This document shows, in pieces, positions 9,295 through 22,100 of a stretch of 64,000 nt of DNA. Source of the stretch: Alphaproteobacteria bacterium (GTDB lineage: Bacteria; Pseudomonadota; Alphaproteobacteria; RF32; CAG-239); assembly GCA_015062285.1 (NCBI GenBank), contig SUUY01000003.1, positions 190,528 through 254,527 of the forward strand, written 5' to 3'. Each line of letters opens with the position of its first letter. Position 1 is the stretch's first letter. The translations under genes were made by a program, and so were the position numbers. The notes beneath the pieces were generated by a model. That model was given only the letters and a program-made list of their open reading frames with translations. It ran no database searches and was not told the DNA's origin.

Positions 9295-10752
9295 TTAGTC
9301 AAGTTTTTGCTTCAATATTGAGTTAACTACTCCGGGGTTTGCTTTTCCATGAGAAGCTTTCATAACTTGTCCTACAAACCAACCCATAAGGTTAACTTTA
9401 CCACCTTTGTACGCGGCAACATTGTCCGGATTAGAAGCAATTATGTCATCAATAATTTTTTCAATTGCTCCTGTATCGGTAACTTGTTTTAATCCTTTTT
9501 CTTCAACGATTTTTTCAGGAGTATTTCCGGTTTCAACCATAATCGCAAACACATCTTTAGCCGTTTTACCGTTAATCACATCAGATGTAATTAATTCAAC
9601 CAATGCTCCCAAGTTTTCCGGAGAAATCGGACTTTCTGCCAAAGAAATCTTTTTTTCATTAAGCATAGCAAAAAAATCGCCCATCATCCAGTTTGCAACT
9701 TTCTTTGCATCATGACCTTTAGCTGCTTTTTCAAACCATTCTGCAGTTTCTCTGTCTTCGGTTAAAACTGAAGCATCATAAGGAGTTAGTCCCATTTCTT
9801 TAACAAAACGTTCTTGTTTTGCGTCTGGCAACTCAACCAATCCTGACTTAATTTCAGCTATAAATTCATCACTCAAATCCAAGGGCAACAAATCAGGCTC
9901 CGGAAAATATCTGTAATCATGTGCAAATTCTTTACTACGCATAAATCTGGTTTCTCCGGTGTTCTGATCAAACAAACGGGTCTGTTGTTCTATTTCTCCA
10001 CCGCTTTCGTAAATTTCCACCTGACGCTTTGCTTCAAACTCTATTGCTTGCATCACAAACTTCACAGAGTTAACGTTCTTAATTTCTGCTCTCGGACGCA
10101 ATTCATTGCTACCGACCGGACGCACCGAAACACTTGCATCACAACGCATTGATCCTTCATCCATATTACCGTCACAAGTTCCCAAATAACGAACTATGGT
10201 ACGAAGTTTACGTAAAAAAGCACCGGCCTCATCAGGAGATCTGAAATCAGGCTTGGTAACTATTTCCATTAAACCGACACCGGCACGGTTAAAATCAATA
10301 AATGTTTTGGTTGGAGAAATATCGTGAATTGATTTTCCGGTATCTTGCTCAATATGGATACGTTCAATACCGATACTTTTATTACTTCCGTCTTCCAAAT
10401 CAATCTTAACAAATCCCTCTCCCACCAAAGGATGCTCAAATTGAGTAATCTGATATCCCTGAGGTAAATCGGCATAAAAATAATTTTTACGAGAAAATAC
10501 CGAATGCTTATTAATCTTAGCATTAAGCCCCAATCCGGTTTTAACTGCCTGACGCACACATTCTTCATTTAACACCGGCAACATCCCCGGCATTCCGGCA
10601 TCAACAAAAGACACGTTTTCATTAACATCTGCTCCATAGTGAGTAGATGCACCGGAAAATATTTTTGACTTTGAAATAATTTGGCAATGGATTTCTAAAC
10701 CGCAAATAATTTCCCAATCACATGTATTACCTTTAATAATCAATCCGCTCAT
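9295..10752 (-). CDS. gatB: Asp-tRNA(Asn)/Glu-tRNA(Gln) amidotransferase subunit B
   Basis: About 485 aa GatB (…GLEIHCQI…, C-terminal YqeY-like domain). The track ORF begins at an upstream TTG. An ATG (MSGLIIKG…) with a GGTGGAG SD lies 1 nt after the gatA stop and is the more likely start. Confidence 0.9.
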   Translation of the reverse strand: MSGLIIKGNTCDWEIICGLEIHCQIISKSKIFSGASTHYGADVNENVSFVDAGMPGMLPVLNEECVRQAVKTGLGLNAKINKHSVFSRKNYFYADLPQGYQITQFEHPLVGEGFVKIDLEDGSNKSIGIERIHIEQDTGKSIHDISPTKTFIDFNRAGVGLMEIVTKPDFRSPDEAGAFLRKLRTIVRYLGTCDGNMDEGSMRCDASVSVRPVGSNELRPRAEIKNVNSVKFVMQAIEFEAKRQVEIYESGGEIEQQTRLFDQNTGETRFMRSKEFAHDYRYFPEPDLLPLDLSDEFIAEIKSGLVELPDAKQERFVKEMGLTPYDASVLTEDRETAEWFEKAAKGHDAKKVANWMMGDFFAMLNEKKISLAESPISPENLGALVELITSDVINGKTAKDVFAIMVETGNTPEKIVEEKGLKQVTDTGAIEKIIDDIIASNPDNVAAYKGGKVNLMGWFVGQVMKASHGKANPGVVNSILKQKLD

Positions 10753-10753
10753 T

Positions 10754-12211
10754 TTATTTTGCTCCACCAAAATTCACATCTTGTTCCAAGGCAAAACCGG
10801 TTTTCAATACCGCACCCTCATCAAATGCTTTTCCGATAATTTGTATTCCCAAAGGCAAACCCTGTTCATTAAGCCCTATTGGCAAACTCATTGCAGGTAA
10901 GCCGGCCAAAGATACCGATACCGTAAAAATATCATTCAACCACATTGTAATCGGATCATCTTGCATAGATTTATCTCCGATCGGAAAAGCAGCAACCGGT
11001 GATGTAGGAGTTAAAATCACATCACATTTTTCAAAAGCTTTGATAAAATCATCTCTTATCAAACGCCGAACCTTCTGTGCTTTCAGATAATATGCGTCAT
11101 AATAACCTGCTGACAACACATATGTCCCCACCATAATACGTTTTTTTACTTCTTTTCCAAATCCGGCACTACGAGAATTAATATACATTTCATCTAATGT
11201 ATTTCCGTCAACCCGATTTCCAAAACGCAGTCCGTCATATCTGGATAAGTTGGCTGAAGCTTCCGCCGGTGCAATAATATAGTATGTTGCTAAAGCATAT
11301 TTGGTATTAGGCAAAGATATTTCAACAATCTCAGCTCCTCTTGCTTTTAGCATCTCTGCAGCCTTATCCCAATATGCAGCAATTTCTTTATTCAAACCAT
11401 CTACTCTGTATTCTTTAGGAATACCGATTTTCATACCTTTAATATCATCACCCAAAAACCTCTCAAAATCAGGCACTGCAACATTTGCCGATGTTGAATC
11501 CTTAGCATCATAACCGGCCATTGAATTTAGCATAATTGCACAATCTCGCACATCTTTTGCTATCGGTCCGGCTTGGTCTAATGAAGATGCAAAAGCAATT
11601 ATTCCATAACGAGAACAACGACCATATGTTGGTTTAATACCTGTAACACCGCAATATGCCGAAGGCTGACGAATTGATCCTCCGGTGTCTGTACCGGTTG
11701 CACCGGCACACATTTCTGCCGCAACAGCTGCAGCAGACCCGCCTGAAGACCCACCGGCGACTAGAGGGACGTCTTTACTCCACGGATTAACCACTGGTCC
11801 GAAAGCCGATGTTTCGTTACTTCCGCCCATTGCAAATTCATCAAGATTTAACTTACCTAGAAAATTGGCACCGGCATCAAGCAATTTTTTTGTAACCGTT
11901 GATTCATACGGAGGAACAAACCCTTTCAATATGTTAGAACATGCCGTAGTTGCAATATCTTTGGTACAAAACAGATCTTTAATTCCTAGAGGAATACCTT
12001 CTAAGTTTCCGCCCTCACCTCTATCAAGCCTCATCTGGCTCTGTTTAGCTTGCTCTAAAGCCTGTTCAACAGTTTCACAAACATATGCATTATATTTTTT
12101 TCCTTTATTCATTTTTGTCGCATATGCTTCAACCAACTCAACAGCACTAAATTCTTTATTTTTCAGTCCTTTTTTGGCCTGAGCTATTGTCAATTTTGTT
12201 AATTCAGTCAT
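10754..12211 (-). CDS. gatA: Asp-tRNA(Asn)/Glu-tRNA(Gln) amidotransferase subunit A (amidase signature)
   Basis: 485 aa protein with an amidase signature region [13 protein letters not shown] and the catalytic Ser-cisSer-Lys context. Confidence 0.95.
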   Translation of the reverse strand: MTELTKLTIAQAKKGLKNKEFSAVELVEAYATKMNKGKKYNAYVCETVEQALEQAKQSQMRLDRGEGGNLEGIPLGIKDLFCTKDIATTACSNILKGFVPPYESTVTKKLLDAGANFLGKLNLDEFAMGGSNETSAFGPVVNPWSKDVPLVAGGSSGGSAAAVAAEMCAGATGTDTGGSIRQPSAYCGVTGIKPTYGRCSRYGIIAFASSLDQAGPIAKDVRDCAIMLNSMAGYDAKDSTSANVAVPDFERFLGDDIKGMKIGIPKEYRVDGLNKEIAAYWDKAAEMLKARGAEIVEISLPNTKYALATYYIIAPAEASANLSRYDGLRFGNRVDGNTLDEMYINSRSAGFGKEVKKRIMVGTYVLSAGYYDAYYLKAQKVRRLIRDDFIKAFEKCDVILTPTSPVAAFPIGDKSMQDDPITMWLNDIFTVSVSLAGLPAMSLPIGLNEQGLPLGIQIIGKAFDEGAVLKTGFALEQDVNFGGAK

Positions 12212-12232
12212 CTTTTTCCCATATATATCTAA

Positions 12233-12520
12233 TTATTCAACCACTTTAGGCACACCAAAGTATCCGTATTCTTTCATCGGGGCATTGGCTAATACTTTAT
12301 CAGCCTGATTGCCGTCACAAACCTCATCTGCTCTCATTTGTAAAGAACATTCATTTACCGAAACCAAAGGCTCAACATTTTCGGTATTTGCCTCACTAAG
12401 TTGTTCTATCCAATCCAAAATCTTATTAAAATCATCTTCGGTAGATTCGATTTTATCCTCTTCTATCTTCAAACGAGATAAAAAAGCTATTTTTTTAACT
12501 GTTTCTTGGTCTATTGCCAT
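12233..12520 (-). CDS. gatC: Asp-tRNA(Asn)/Glu-tRNA(Gln) amidotransferase subunit C
   Basis: 95 aa protein, MAIDQETVKKIAFLSRLKIEE…, at the head of the gatCAB operon. Confidence 0.85.
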   Translation of the reverse strand: MAIDQETVKKIAFLSRLKIEEDKIESTEDDFNKILDWIEQLSEANTENVEPLVSVNECSLQMRADEVCDGNQADKVLANAPMKEYGYFGVPKVVE

Positions 12521-12661
12521 ATTTTTTCCTCATTAATCTCTAATAACAACCATTGGCATTATTGTACCATATTGCAAGTGTTTTATCATATTTGTTATAT
12601 TTATATCAAGTATTAATTCTTTTTTATTATCTTCTGCTTAAATGCTTTTTCATCTCTATAT

Positions 12662-12688
12662 AAAACAAAGGCCATCAAACCGATGACC
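12662..12688 (-). terminator. Rho-independent terminator of fabI
   Basis: The minus-strand RNA forms GGUCAUC/GAUGGCC with one G-U pair, followed by a U-rich tail. The plus-strand version would carry a C-A mismatch. Confidence 0.6.
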
Positions 12689-12732
12689 TTTTTTAATGTT
12701 TTTAGTTGACTGCTACTATTTATTGGACAGAT

Positions 12733-13563
12733 TTATCCGTTAACCAAGCTTTCACCGATTTCTTTTGCTCTGTTCAAATTAAGCATACCGACTGTGTGGT
12801 ATCCGCAGTCCACATGGATAACTTCACCGGTAATGCCGCTACCACAAGCAGAAAGCAGTCCCAAAGTTACCATACCGACTTCTTCTTGAGTAATATTGCG
12901 TTGTAATGGTGCATTACATTCGTTCCAGTGTAAAATCTTACGAAAATCACCAATACCCGATGCTGCCAAGGTCTTAATCGGACCGGCAGAAATAGCATTT
13001 ACTCTCACGCCCTGAACACCCAAATCCGTTGCCGCATAACGAACAGATGCCTCCAAAGCAGCTTTAGCCACACCCATAATATTGTAGTTTGGCAATACTC
13101 TTTCGCTTCCCATGTAAGTCAGTGTCACAATAGATCCACCTTCGTTCATGATTGGTGATGCAAATTTACAAGCTTCAATGAATGAAAAACAAGAGATTTC
13201 CATAGTCATTGTAAAATTATCTCTGGTTGTATCTATTGTACGACCCTTTAGCTGATTTTTGTCAGAAAATCCTATCGCATGAACCAAAAAGTCTATTTTA
13301 CCCCATTTTTCTTCCAATTCCTTAAAACAAGCTTCCACGCTGGCAGTATCAGACACATCGCACTTAATAAGCAACGGCTCTTTATCCAGTTGAGCAGCCA
13401 AAGGCTGTACTCTTTTTTCTAAAGCTTCATTTTGGTAAGAAATAGCTAATTGAGCACCATGAGCATTCAAAGCCTGAGCAATACCCCAAGCAATAGATTT
13501 GTCATTGGCAAGCCCCATAATCAGGCCTCTTTTTCCGGCCATAAGAGCTGTATTTTCAGTCAT
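12733..13563 (-). CDS. fabI: Enoyl-[acyl-carrier-protein] reductase (NADH), FabI
   Basis: 276 aa protein. N-terminal MAGKRGLIMGLANDKSIAWGIA (Rossmann fold) and Tyr/Lys catalytic residues in an SDR context. Confidence 0.9.
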   Translation of the reverse strand: MTENTALMAGKRGLIMGLANDKSIAWGIAQALNAHGAQLAISYQNEALEKRVQPLAAQLDKEPLLIKCDVSDTASVEACFKELEEKWGKIDFLVHAIGFSDKNQLKGRTIDTTRDNFTMTMEISCFSFIEACKFASPIMNEGGSIVTLTYMGSERVLPNYNIMGVAKAALEASVRYAATDLGVQGVRVNAISAGPIKTLAASGIGDFRKILHWNECNAPLQRNITQEEVGMVTLGLLSACGSGITGEVIHVDCGYHTVGMLNLNRAKEIGESLVNG

Positions 13564-13685
13564 TACAACATCCTTTTATTTTTTCACACAATTAACAATC
13601 CAATTAATCTACTTGAATTATTAGTTAGAGTTTTATAAAATTTGACCAGTTTTGTAAACACATTTTTTAAGAAAGCCAAATCTCT

Positions 13686-14633
13686 ATGTATAACTCAGCT
13701 TGTAATTATGCTAAAGTCAAACTCCAAACATGCAAGGAATTCATCATTTTCTTAGCTCAAAGAGCCAAAAGCGACACTATCTTGCGTGTTGCTTCATCTT
13801 TAAGTTATACATCGCTCATTGCTTTAGTTCCTCTAGTTGCAATCGGGTTGGCAATCTTTTCGGCTTTTCCGGTTTTTGCTGAAATAAGAGATCAACTTCA
13901 ACAACTTCTTATTCAAAATGTTGTTCCTCATTTAGAAGAAGAAATAAGCCAATACTTCAACTCCTTCATTTCTGCAACAGCTAAGCTAACAGCTGTTGGT
14001 GTAAGTGGTATTGCCATTACCGCAATTTTGCTTCTTTCCACCATTGAAAACAGCTTAAACTTTATATTTAAGGTATATAAACCAAGAAGCATCAAAACAA
14101 AAATCACTTTGTATTGGACCGTTATAACCCTTGGCCCCTTACTAATCGGAACTGCCTTCTCCTTGCGTGGATACGTCTATGCCCTAGAAAACCTCATGCC
14201 CGATGCTATTCGTAGTGGTCAACTATGCTTTAGCGCTCTACTTCCAAATATTTTAACAATCATTGCCTTGGTCATTTTGTATGTTTTGGTACCAAACAAG
14301 AAGGTTAATATTCTACACGCATTTTTTGGCTCTCTTGTTGCTACAATTTTATTTTTTATCTTAAGACGTTCATTTAGCTTCTTCTTAGCCTCAACCAATA
14401 CCTATAATATTCTTTACGGGGCATTAGCTATTATCCCAATCATGCTCATTTGGTTATATTTGGTATGGGCTGCCGTAATTTTTGGTGCTGTTGTTACTGC
14501 TGCAATTAGCGAATTTAAGGAACTACCCAAAGACAGAATCAAGGAATTAAAGGTTTTTGAATACAGAAAAACAAACACTTACAGAAAAAACAAGCATTAT
14601 GTAAAAAAGTTCTTGCCAAAAGAACAAAAATAG
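13686..14633 (+). CDS. YihY/BrkB (ribonuclease BN-like) family membrane protein
   Basis: 315 aa protein with six TM helices and the conserved N-terminal block [27 protein letters not shown]. Confidence 0.8.
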   Translation: MYNSACNYAKVKLQTCKEFIIFLAQRAKSDTILRVASSLSYTSLIALVPLVAIGLAIFSAFPVFAEIRDQLQQLLIQNVVPHLEEEISQYFNSFISATAKLTAVGVSGIAITAILLLSTIENSLNFIFKVYKPRSIKTKITLYWTVITLGPLLIGTAFSLRGYVYALENLMPDAIRSGQLCFSALLPNILTIIALVILYVLVPNKKVNILHAFFGSLVATILFFILRRSFSFFLASTNTYNILYGALAIIPIMLIWLYLVWAAVIFGAVVTAAISEFKELPKDRIKELKVFEYRKTNTYRKNKHYVKKFLPKEQK

Positions 14634-14694
14634 AACATTATACTGTTATAACGATTCTTATCGCAAATTTAATAAATATAAATGGAGTATAGTA

Positions 14695-15723
14695 ATGGAT
14701 AAAGATAAAGCACTTGATGCCGCTCTTAGTCAGATAGAAAAAGCATTTGGCAAAGGCTCTATTATGCGTTTAGGCCAAAATAATGCTCACGTTGATATCG
14801 AAGGTATTCCTACCGGTTCTCTCGGATTGGATATGGCTTTAGGTATCGGCGGTCTTCCTCGTGGACGCATTGTAGAAATATACGGACCGGAAAGCTCCGG
14901 CAAAACCACCCTCGCCTTGAGTGTTATTGCACAAGCACAAAAAAAAGGTGGAACTTGTGCTTTTATAGATGCTGAACATGCTCTTGATCCTTCTTATGCT
15001 AAAAAAATCGGTGTAGATATTGAAAACCTCCTAATTTCACAACCAGACGCAGGAGAACAAGCTCTGGAAATTACGGATACCTTAGTTCGTTCAGGTGCCA
15101 TTGATGTTTTGGTTGTCGATTCGGTTGCAGCTCTCGTCCCCAAGGCCGAATTGGAAGGAGAAATGGGTGACTCTCATATGGGATTGCAAGCTCGTCTGAT
15201 GTCTCAGGCTTTGCGTAAGCTTACTTCCACTATTGCCCGCTCTAATACATTAGTTATTTTCATCAACCAAATCCGTATGAAAATCGGCGTTATGTTTGGT
15301 AATCCGGAAACCACAACCGGTGGAAACGCTCTCAAATTTTATGCATCTGTTCGCATTGATATTCGTAGCATTGGTAAGATTAAAGATAAAGAAGATGTTA
15401 TCGGTAGCCAAACTCGAGTTAAAATTGTAAAGAATAAAGTTGCTCCTCCGTTTAAGGTAATTGACTTTGATATCATGTATGGCGAAGGAATTTCCAAAAC
15501 CGGAGAAATTATTGACCTTGGTGTTAAAGCTAATGTTATTGAAAAATCCGGTGCGTGGTTTGCATACAATGGTGACAAACTCGGTCAAGGAAGAGAAAAC
15601 GCAAAACTGTTCTTGCGTGAACACCCCGATATTGCCCTGGAAATTGAAAACAAGATCAAAGATGATGCCGGCCACCTTAGTTCTGAAATGATAGGCGGAA
15701 GCAATATTGATATTGAAGAATAA
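14695..15723 (+). CDS. recA: Recombinase RecA
   Basis: 342 aa protein with Walker [10 protein letters not shown], the SVRIDIR loop region, and a Rickettsia-like C-terminus [20 protein letters not shown]. Confidence 0.97.
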   Translation: MDKDKALDAALSQIEKAFGKGSIMRLGQNNAHVDIEGIPTGSLGLDMALGIGGLPRGRIVEIYGPESSGKTTLALSVIAQAQKKGGTCAFIDAEHALDPSYAKKIGVDIENLLISQPDAGEQALEITDTLVRSGAIDVLVVDSVAALVPKAELEGEMGDSHMGLQARLMSQALRKLTSTIARSNTLVIFINQIRMKIGVMFGNPETTTGGNALKFYASVRIDIRSIGKIKDKEDVIGSQTRVKIVKNKVAPPFKVIDFDIMYGEGISKTGEIIDLGVKANVIEKSGAWFAYNGDKLGQGRENAKLFLREHPDIALEIENKIKDDAGHLSSEMIGGSNIDIEE

Positions 15724-15734
15724 AATATTTTCAT

Positions 15735-15769
15735 CAAAAAAATCCCCGATAACTTTCGGGGATTTTTTA
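15735..15769. terminator. Bidirectional rho-independent terminator after recA
   Basis: Sequence aaaaaATCCCCGAtaacttTCGGGGATttttt. Confidence 0.8.
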
Positions 15770-15776
15770 TTCAATT

Positions 15777-16553
15777 TTATTCATTTTCAAAATTATCATC
15801 AGAATTAATTTCTTCATCTGAAACATCATTTTCCAACAACAACATTTCATCTTCCGCTTTATTTTCGATTTCTGACTTTCTGCGTCTTCCTCTGCGTTTT
15901 TTAGTCGGAGATTTTTTCTTCATTGCATCTATTACATAGTGACCAACAATCTTGTATAAATCAACCAAATGATTATTATACATATGATCTGCACCCTCAA
16001 CCATTGCATAATCAACAGATACATTGCGTTGCGTATTCAACCTTTTAACCAACGTAGATACACTTGATGGATTGACAATCTCATCAATTACTCCCTGTGT
16101 AATCAAGCCCGGAGCCGGACAAGGTGCCAAAAACGAAAAATCTTTTTCATTGGCCGGAGGAGAAACTGCAACAAAATTATTAATATCCGGTCTGCGCATC
16201 AAAAGTTGCAAACCAATCCATGCTCCAAACGAATATCCGGCAATCCAACATTGTCTTGCTTCCGGATTAACTGATTGCAACCAATCCAATGCAACTGTTG
16301 CATCAGACAACTCACCTGGCCCGTCTTCAAACTCGCCTTGAGATCTGCCTACACTGCGAAAATTAAAACGCAGCACTGAAAATCCCAAATTTTGAAAACA
16401 ACTGAACAATGTATAAACAATTTTATTATTCATTGTTCCGCCATATTGCGGGTGCGGATGCAAAATAAGTGCAATAGGAGCATTAGGGTTTTCACTTTGA
16501 TGATAACGTCCTTCAAGACGACCGGCATGTCCATTAAATAAAACTTCTGTCAT
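15777..16553 (-). CDS. Alpha/beta-hydrolase fold protein (COG2945-like) with a charged C-terminal tail
   Basis: The GYSFG nucleophile elbow (CWIAGYSFGAWIG), followed by a basic then acidic tail. Confidence 0.7.
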   Translation of the reverse strand: MTEVLFNGHAGRLEGRYHQSENPNAPIALILHPHPQYGGTMNNKIVYTLFSCFQNLGFSVLRFNFRSVGRSQGEFEDGPGELSDATVALDWLQSVNPEARQCWIAGYSFGAWIGLQLLMRRPDINNFVAVSPPANEKDFSFLAPCPAPGLITQGVIDEIVNPSSVSTLVKRLNTQRNVSVDYAMVEGADHMYNNHLVDLYKIVGHYVIDAMKKKSPTKKRRGRRRKSEIENKAEDEMLLLENDVSDEEINSDDNFENE

Positions 16554-16640
16554 TTTCTTTAACCTAAAATTATAACTTTTATGTATTATATCTACATAAA
16601 GCTATATAAATTATTAACATTTCGAGGAATGTATCACAAA

Positions 16641-17276
16641 ATGGATTCAAAATTCAAGATAATTCTAAACGACCTCAATGCAATTATTGAGAGAGACCCT
16701 GCTACAAAAAGCAAATTAGAAGCAATTTTATGTTCACCGGGATTTCATGCCATCATAGGACATCGTTGTTCTCACTGGCTTTGGAAGCATAATATGCATC
16801 TTATTGCCAGAATACTGTCTCAATTAATTCGTTTTTTAACCGGAATCGAGATTCATCCCGCCGCTCAAATCGGCAAAGGATTTTTTATTGATCACGGAAT
16901 GGGGGTTGTTATTGGTGAAACCACTATAATCGGTAATAATGTTACTTTATATCAGGGAGTAACTCTGGGAGGAGTATCATCAAACAGCTCTGTCAAAAGA
17001 CATCCCTCTGTCGGAAACAATGTAATCATCGGCGCCGGTGCTCAAGTACTCGGTAACATCAAAATCGGAAACAATGTAAAAATCGGAGCAAATGCCGTTG
17101 TGCTCAAAAACGTCTCTTCTAACCAAACTGTTGTTGGTGTCCCCTCTCACCCTTGTTTTAAAAGCTCAAAAAACTCCCTTTTTACCCCATATGGATCTTG
17201 CGTTGACGATAAAGACCCGATTGAGTGCAAATTCAAAGCCATAGAAAAAGAACTGCAAAAACTACAAAAAAAGTGA
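16641..17276 (+). CDS. cysE: Serine O-acetyltransferase
   Basis: Hexapeptide left-handed beta-helix repeats ([41 protein letters not shown]) with an N-terminal SAT helical domain. The start was chosen at MDSKF; the track ORF starts 60 nt earlier. Confidence 0.8.
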   Translation: MDSKFKIILNDLNAIIERDPATKSKLEAILCSPGFHAIIGHRCSHWLWKHNMHLIARILSQLIRFLTGIEIHPAAQIGKGFFIDHGMGVVIGETTIIGNNVTLYQGVTLGGVSSNSSVKRHPSVGNNVIIGAGAQVLGNIKIGNNVKIGANAVVLKNVSSNQTVVGVPSHPCFKSSKNSLFTPYGSCVDDKDPIECKFKAIEKELQKLQKK

Positions 17277-17355
17277 TATTTAACAATTTTGTAACTATTA
17301 ATATGATAAATTTTGTAGTATTATAATATAAGAAGAACTGTGGCTGGAGGGTACT

Positions 17356-17946
17356 ATGAAAAACTATATTTATCTCTTAGGTACGGTAGGATTGTTATTT
17401 TCTGCAAGTACTTCTTTTGCCCAACTACCTGCAAATCCTTGGAATATTCAGCCTAATGACGGATATAAAGGCGACGACGTTGCCACCCCTGATGTTACTC
17501 AAGCCCCCGTATACAAAGACACCATAAATGGTGCAGATATACTCCCCGTTGACCCTTGGGCCAGAGCTCGAGATAAAAGCGGAGTTAAAACATGGCGAGG
17601 CAGTGGTCAACATGGCAAGCTCAACTATATTGGCGAAGCAACTACTTTCGGAGATGCTCAAGGACAAGAGATGATTGCTCCGGAAGTAAATCGTCATAAT
17701 ATGTTGGTTGCCACCCAACATCTACGCGACCTTGGATATAAAATTCCTGCCGGATATGATGAAAAAATAAAAAATCTTCCTCAAGCTTATGCAAAACATT
17801 TGAGAGAAGCATACAATGGTCTTGGCCATCAAAACAACCCATTCGATACGATGTTTGCCGGTTTCTTAGATATTGTAGAAGAAGGTTCTGGTTTAGACAT
17901 GGAAAATATTTTATTCAACACCATAGATATCCTTTCGACAGACTAA
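17356..17946 (+). CDS. Secreted protein of unknown function
   Basis: Signal peptide MKNYIYLLGTVGLLFSASTSFAQ. The start follows 14 nt after ggagggtact (SD). Confidence 0.5.
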   Translation: MKNYIYLLGTVGLLFSASTSFAQLPANPWNIQPNDGYKGDDVATPDVTQAPVYKDTINGADILPVDPWARARDKSGVKTWRGSGQHGKLNYIGEATTFGDAQGQEMIAPEVNRHNMLVATQHLRDLGYKIPAGYDEKIKNLPQAYAKHLREAYNGLGHQNNPFDTMFAGFLDIVEEGSGLDMENILFNTIDILSTD

Positions 17947-17955
17947 GGAAAAAAC

Positions 17956-18426
17956 ATGAAAAAATTAGTTGTACTCTCTTTCATTGTACTGGGCGCACCT
18001 GTTTGTTTTGCACAAACAAGTCAATTATCTCAGCCGATAGATACACCTGTTGCCGAGACTCAACAACCACCTATTGTCAGAGAAATTACTACCAAACAAA
18101 AAATTGAAATGCAAAAAGGAATCATACGTTCTATTCAGGCCAATGCCGCAAACAGCAACGCCAGCGAACGTCGACGTCTTATGGACGCCATGGAAACAAT
18201 CAAAAAAATCCAGATCAGACAAAGAAACATGAACCTTCCTGATGATCAGCAAATTACCTATGAAAAACCAAATGTAAACGTTAAAAATCGTCGCGAGTTT
18301 CAAAAATATATGCAAAAAACATATCTCCAAGATATGGATACCAGTGCCGAAGCCATGGCAGCCAAATTACCGGCTCCGGAAGAAGAGCAAGAACAATCAC
18401 CTCAAACCACGACTCCGGAAAATTAA
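17956..18426 (+). CDS. Secreted protein of unknown function, Q/E-rich
   Basis: Signal peptide MKKLVVLSFIVLGAPVCFAQ. It follows the previous gene after 10 nt. Confidence 0.5.
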   Translation: MKKLVVLSFIVLGAPVCFAQTSQLSQPIDTPVAETQQPPIVREITTKQKIEMQKGIIRSIQANAANSNASERRRLMDAMETIKKIQIRQRNMNLPDDQQITYEKPNVNVKNRREFQKYMQKTYLQDMDTSAEAMAAKLPAPEEEQEQSPQTTTPEN

Positions 18427-18428
18427 TA

Positions 18429-19154
18429 ATGTCCTTGTACAAACCTTGCGTAATTTTAGTAGAACCACAGTTGGCCGAAAATGTAGGAATGACTGCTCGG
18501 GCCATGATGAATTGCGGAATTGAAGAATTAAGATTAGTTTCTCCAAGAGAAGATCACTTATCTTCCAAAGCTATATCTGCCTCATCAAATGCCGAAGAAA
18601 TTCTATATAACGCCAAAGTTTATTCTTCTACTGAAGATGCTATTTCCGATATTGAATGGTTGGCAGCGACCACTGCTCGCCACAGAGATCAGATCAAACC
18701 GATTTACAGTGCCGAATTTGCAGCTCAAACAATTAACCAAAACCAGCAAAACGGCATAAAATCCGCTATAATGTTTGGTCCGGAACGAACAGGTTTACAC
18801 AACAAAGACATATCTTTCAGCAATGTGATTATTAATATCCCCCTAAATCCCAAACACTGCTCATTAAACTTATCACAAGCGGTATTATTGGTAGGATACG
18901 AATATTTTAAGACTCAAACAAATATCACTCCGGCAAAATTAGAAACTAATCGCACAGAAATAGCCGATAAATTAAAAACTTTAAAATTTTGCGACCATTT
19001 TGAATCTCTTTTAAGCGACTGCGGAGCATTTAAGCTTGATGAAAAAAAAGAAAAAATGACAACCAATCTCCGCAATATTTTTACTCGTTGTCAATTAACC
19101 AAACAAGAAATAGATACCTTGTATGGGGCAATAAACCACCTTAACAAAAAATAA
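18429..19154 (+). CDS. SpoU/TrmH-family RNA 2'-O-methyltransferase (TrmJ-like)
   Basis: VILVEPQLAENVGMTARAMMNCGIEELRLVSP, a SPOUT class I N-terminal motif. 241 aa with a C-terminal extension as in TrmJ. Confidence 0.8.
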   Translation: MSLYKPCVILVEPQLAENVGMTARAMMNCGIEELRLVSPREDHLSSKAISASSNAEEILYNAKVYSSTEDAISDIEWLAATTARHRDQIKPIYSAEFAAQTINQNQQNGIKSAIMFGPERTGLHNKDISFSNVIINIPLNPKHCSLNLSQAVLLVGYEYFKTQTNITPAKLETNRTEIADKLKTLKFCDHFESLLSDCGAFKLDEKKEKMTTNLRNIFTRCQLTKQEIDTLYGAINHLNKK

Positions 19155-19180
19155 GCTCGTTATTAACGAGCTTATTTTTT
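19151..19180. terminator. Bidirectional rho-independent terminator
   Basis: A perfect 12 bp palindrome ATAAGCTCGTTAtTAACGAGCTTAT followed by tttttt. It sits between the TrmJ-like gene (+) and acrB (-). Confidence 0.8.
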
Positions 19181-19183
19181 TAC

Positions 19184-22100
19184 TTAATCATTATTTTTGC
19201 TAAATCGTTGAGCTAATGTCTCAAACAACACGTACAGCAACGGAATCACTATCAAACCTGCTGCCGTACCCAACAACATTCCATAAAACACCGGAACTCC
19301 AATAGCTATTCGGCTTGCGGCTCCGGCACCTGTTGCTACAATCATGGGTAACACACCCAAAATAAAGGTAAAAGCAGTCATTAACACAGCCCTAAACCTT
19401 TCTTTGGTACCTACAATTGCGGCTCTTACGATATTACCGCAACGCAAATAATCTTCTTTAGCAAATTCTACAATCAAAATTGCATTTTTAGCAGCCAAAC
19501 CCACCAACAAAATCAATCCTAATTGAGCATAAATACTAAGTGGTAGCCCTGTAATAAACAAACCGGCCAAAGCTCCCAACATAGCCACAGATACAGATGT
19601 TAACACCGGCAAGGGAGTAATCCAACTTTCATACTGAGCAACAAGGAACAAATAACCGAACGTAATTGCCAAAGCCAACAAATATCCGATTTGCCCACCA
19701 CTGGCTTTCTCTTGATAACTTACAGATGACCAATCATAAGTAAATCCTTTAGGCAGTTTTTCAGACAGTTTTTCCATGGCATTCATTGCTTGTCCGGTAC
19801 TAACCGAACTGTTTTGTACTGCGGTAATTGAAGCACTTGGATACTGATTATATCTGGTCACAACACGAGGAGACAATACTTTGCGTAATTTTATAACACT
19901 ACCCAAAGGAACCATTTCCCCATTTTTGTTTTGAACATAAAGCTTATTAATACTGTCAATATCTTTACGATATTTCCAGTCAGCCTGAATCATAACCTTA
20001 TTAACCTGAGTACCGAAGTTTACATCATTTACATAGCTTGAACCCAAATAATTTTGCAGTACTGAGAATATACTTCCGACCGAAACTCCCATGGCTTCTG
20101 CCTTTTGGCGATCTATATCAATATAGATATTAGGAGTTTGAGCCGTATATGTAGTATAAGCATAATTAACTTCAGGTGCCTGATTAATCAGCATCAAAAC
20201 ATTTTGCAATGCAGCTTCAAGCTCTTGCGGATTATCTGTTTTAGTTGAAAGCAAACGATAATCCATACCACCGCTCATACCAAGTCCCATAATAGCCGGT
20301 GGCTCAAACAAATTCACCTGTGCTTGTGGCTTTCCGGAAACTTTTGCCATAATTCGATTCATAATATTGGTAGAATAAAGCTCTTTATCCTTACGCTCAC
20401 TCCACGGACTAAGAGCAATAAATCCCAAAGCAACGTTTTCACCACTACCACCTATCAATGAAACACCAACCACAATCATAACGCTTTCTACGCCTTTTTC
20501 TTCTTTAATAAGCGGATAAATTTCATCAATGAATTTTTGTGTACGTTCACGGCTGGCACCTTCCGGCAACTGAATATTAACCATAATCACCCCTTGGTCC
20601 TCATTTGGAATAAAAGATGTTTGACTAATTTTTAAGAACCCATATACAGCGGCAACAACTAAAGCAAATAACAAAGCAATAACCGATATTTTGCGTGCTA
20701 TAATAGCCACAATTCCGGCATATGTATCTCTAGATTTATTCACAAGATTATTAAACCAAAACAGAGGTCCTCTCTGAGCCGGTTTTAGTGGACGTAAGAT
20801 TGTCGCACACAAAGCCGGAGAAAGTGTCAAAGCATTAAGAGAAGAAAAAGAAACCGAAGTAGAAATAGTTATTGCAAATTGCTGATAAATTTTTCCGGTA
20901 ATTCCCCCCATGAATCCTACCGGCACAAAAATAGCCAACAGCACTAATGTTGTTGCAATAACGGCACCGGAAACTTCTTCCATTGCTCTGATTGTAGCTG
21001 TCTTAGGATTAAGATCTTCGGTTTCCATCAAATACAGAACACGTTCCACCACCACAATAGCATCATCAACCACCAGACCAATTGCCAACACTAAACCAAA
21101 TAAGGTTAGAATATTCATGGTATAACCTAATGCCATCATCACGGCAAATGTAGCAAACAACGAAACCGGAATAGTCAAAGACGGAACCAATGTTGCACGC
21201 CAATCTTGCAAAAAGATATAGCACACCAACACCACCAAAACAAAGGTCAACACCAAAGTTAAAACCACTTCTTCAATTGAAGACTCAATATACTCAGTGG
21301 AATCATAACCGATAATATATGTCATATCATCAGGAAAACTTTTAGAGAGTTTTTCCATTTCTGCTTTAACAGCAGCCATCGCATCTAGAGCATTTGCTCC
21401 TGAAAGCTGGTTAATGGCAATAGCAACGTTAGGAGCATTATTAAATTTAGATGTCGCCCTATAACTTTCCTCACCTATTTCAACTCTGGCAATATCTTTC
21501 AAATATACCAAACCACCCTGCTCTGCCGTGCGAATAATGATGTTTTTAAAATCTTCTACCTCATTAATACGACCTTGGGTCTGCAAGGTATATACCATTT
21601 GCTGATGTCCGTCACCCGGCATTGCACCAACACTACCCAAAGAAGGTTGGTAGTTTTGGCTTTCAATTGCTGACTTAACCATTTCTAATGGAATATTTAG
21701 GGCAGTGATTTTATCCGCGTCTAACCACACACGCATACTCAACTTAGAAGAATAAACATTAACCTCGCCCACACCATAAACACGGGCAAGATTATTCTTC
21801 ACGTTATTTTGCACATAATCAGCCAGTTCCAAAGGAGAATGAGTACCTTTGGGTGAACCGACAGTAATAAATCCCAAAATATTAGAAGATCGGCTTCTTA
21901 CCGTAAGACCTTGGCGAGTAACTTCAGTCGGTAATTTTGACTGAGCTTGTTGAATACGGTTTTGCACTTTTACTTGCGCCATATCTCTATCAACACCAAC
22001 CTTAAAAGTTATTGTCAATTGGTATTTTGAATCTTCTGACGAAGAACTCATATAGAGCATATCTTCCACACCATTAACTTCTTCTTCCAACGGAATACCG

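Noticed and set aside
14614-14628. GAAC-N7-GAAC, the complement of the alphaproteobacterial LexA box GTTC-N7-GTTC, 67 bp upstream of recA
   Set aside because: It is formed by the last codons and stop of the upstream yihY gene in A-rich sequence. No comparable box lies upstream of uvrA, ssb or recJ in this window, and no lexA is visible, so chance is likely.
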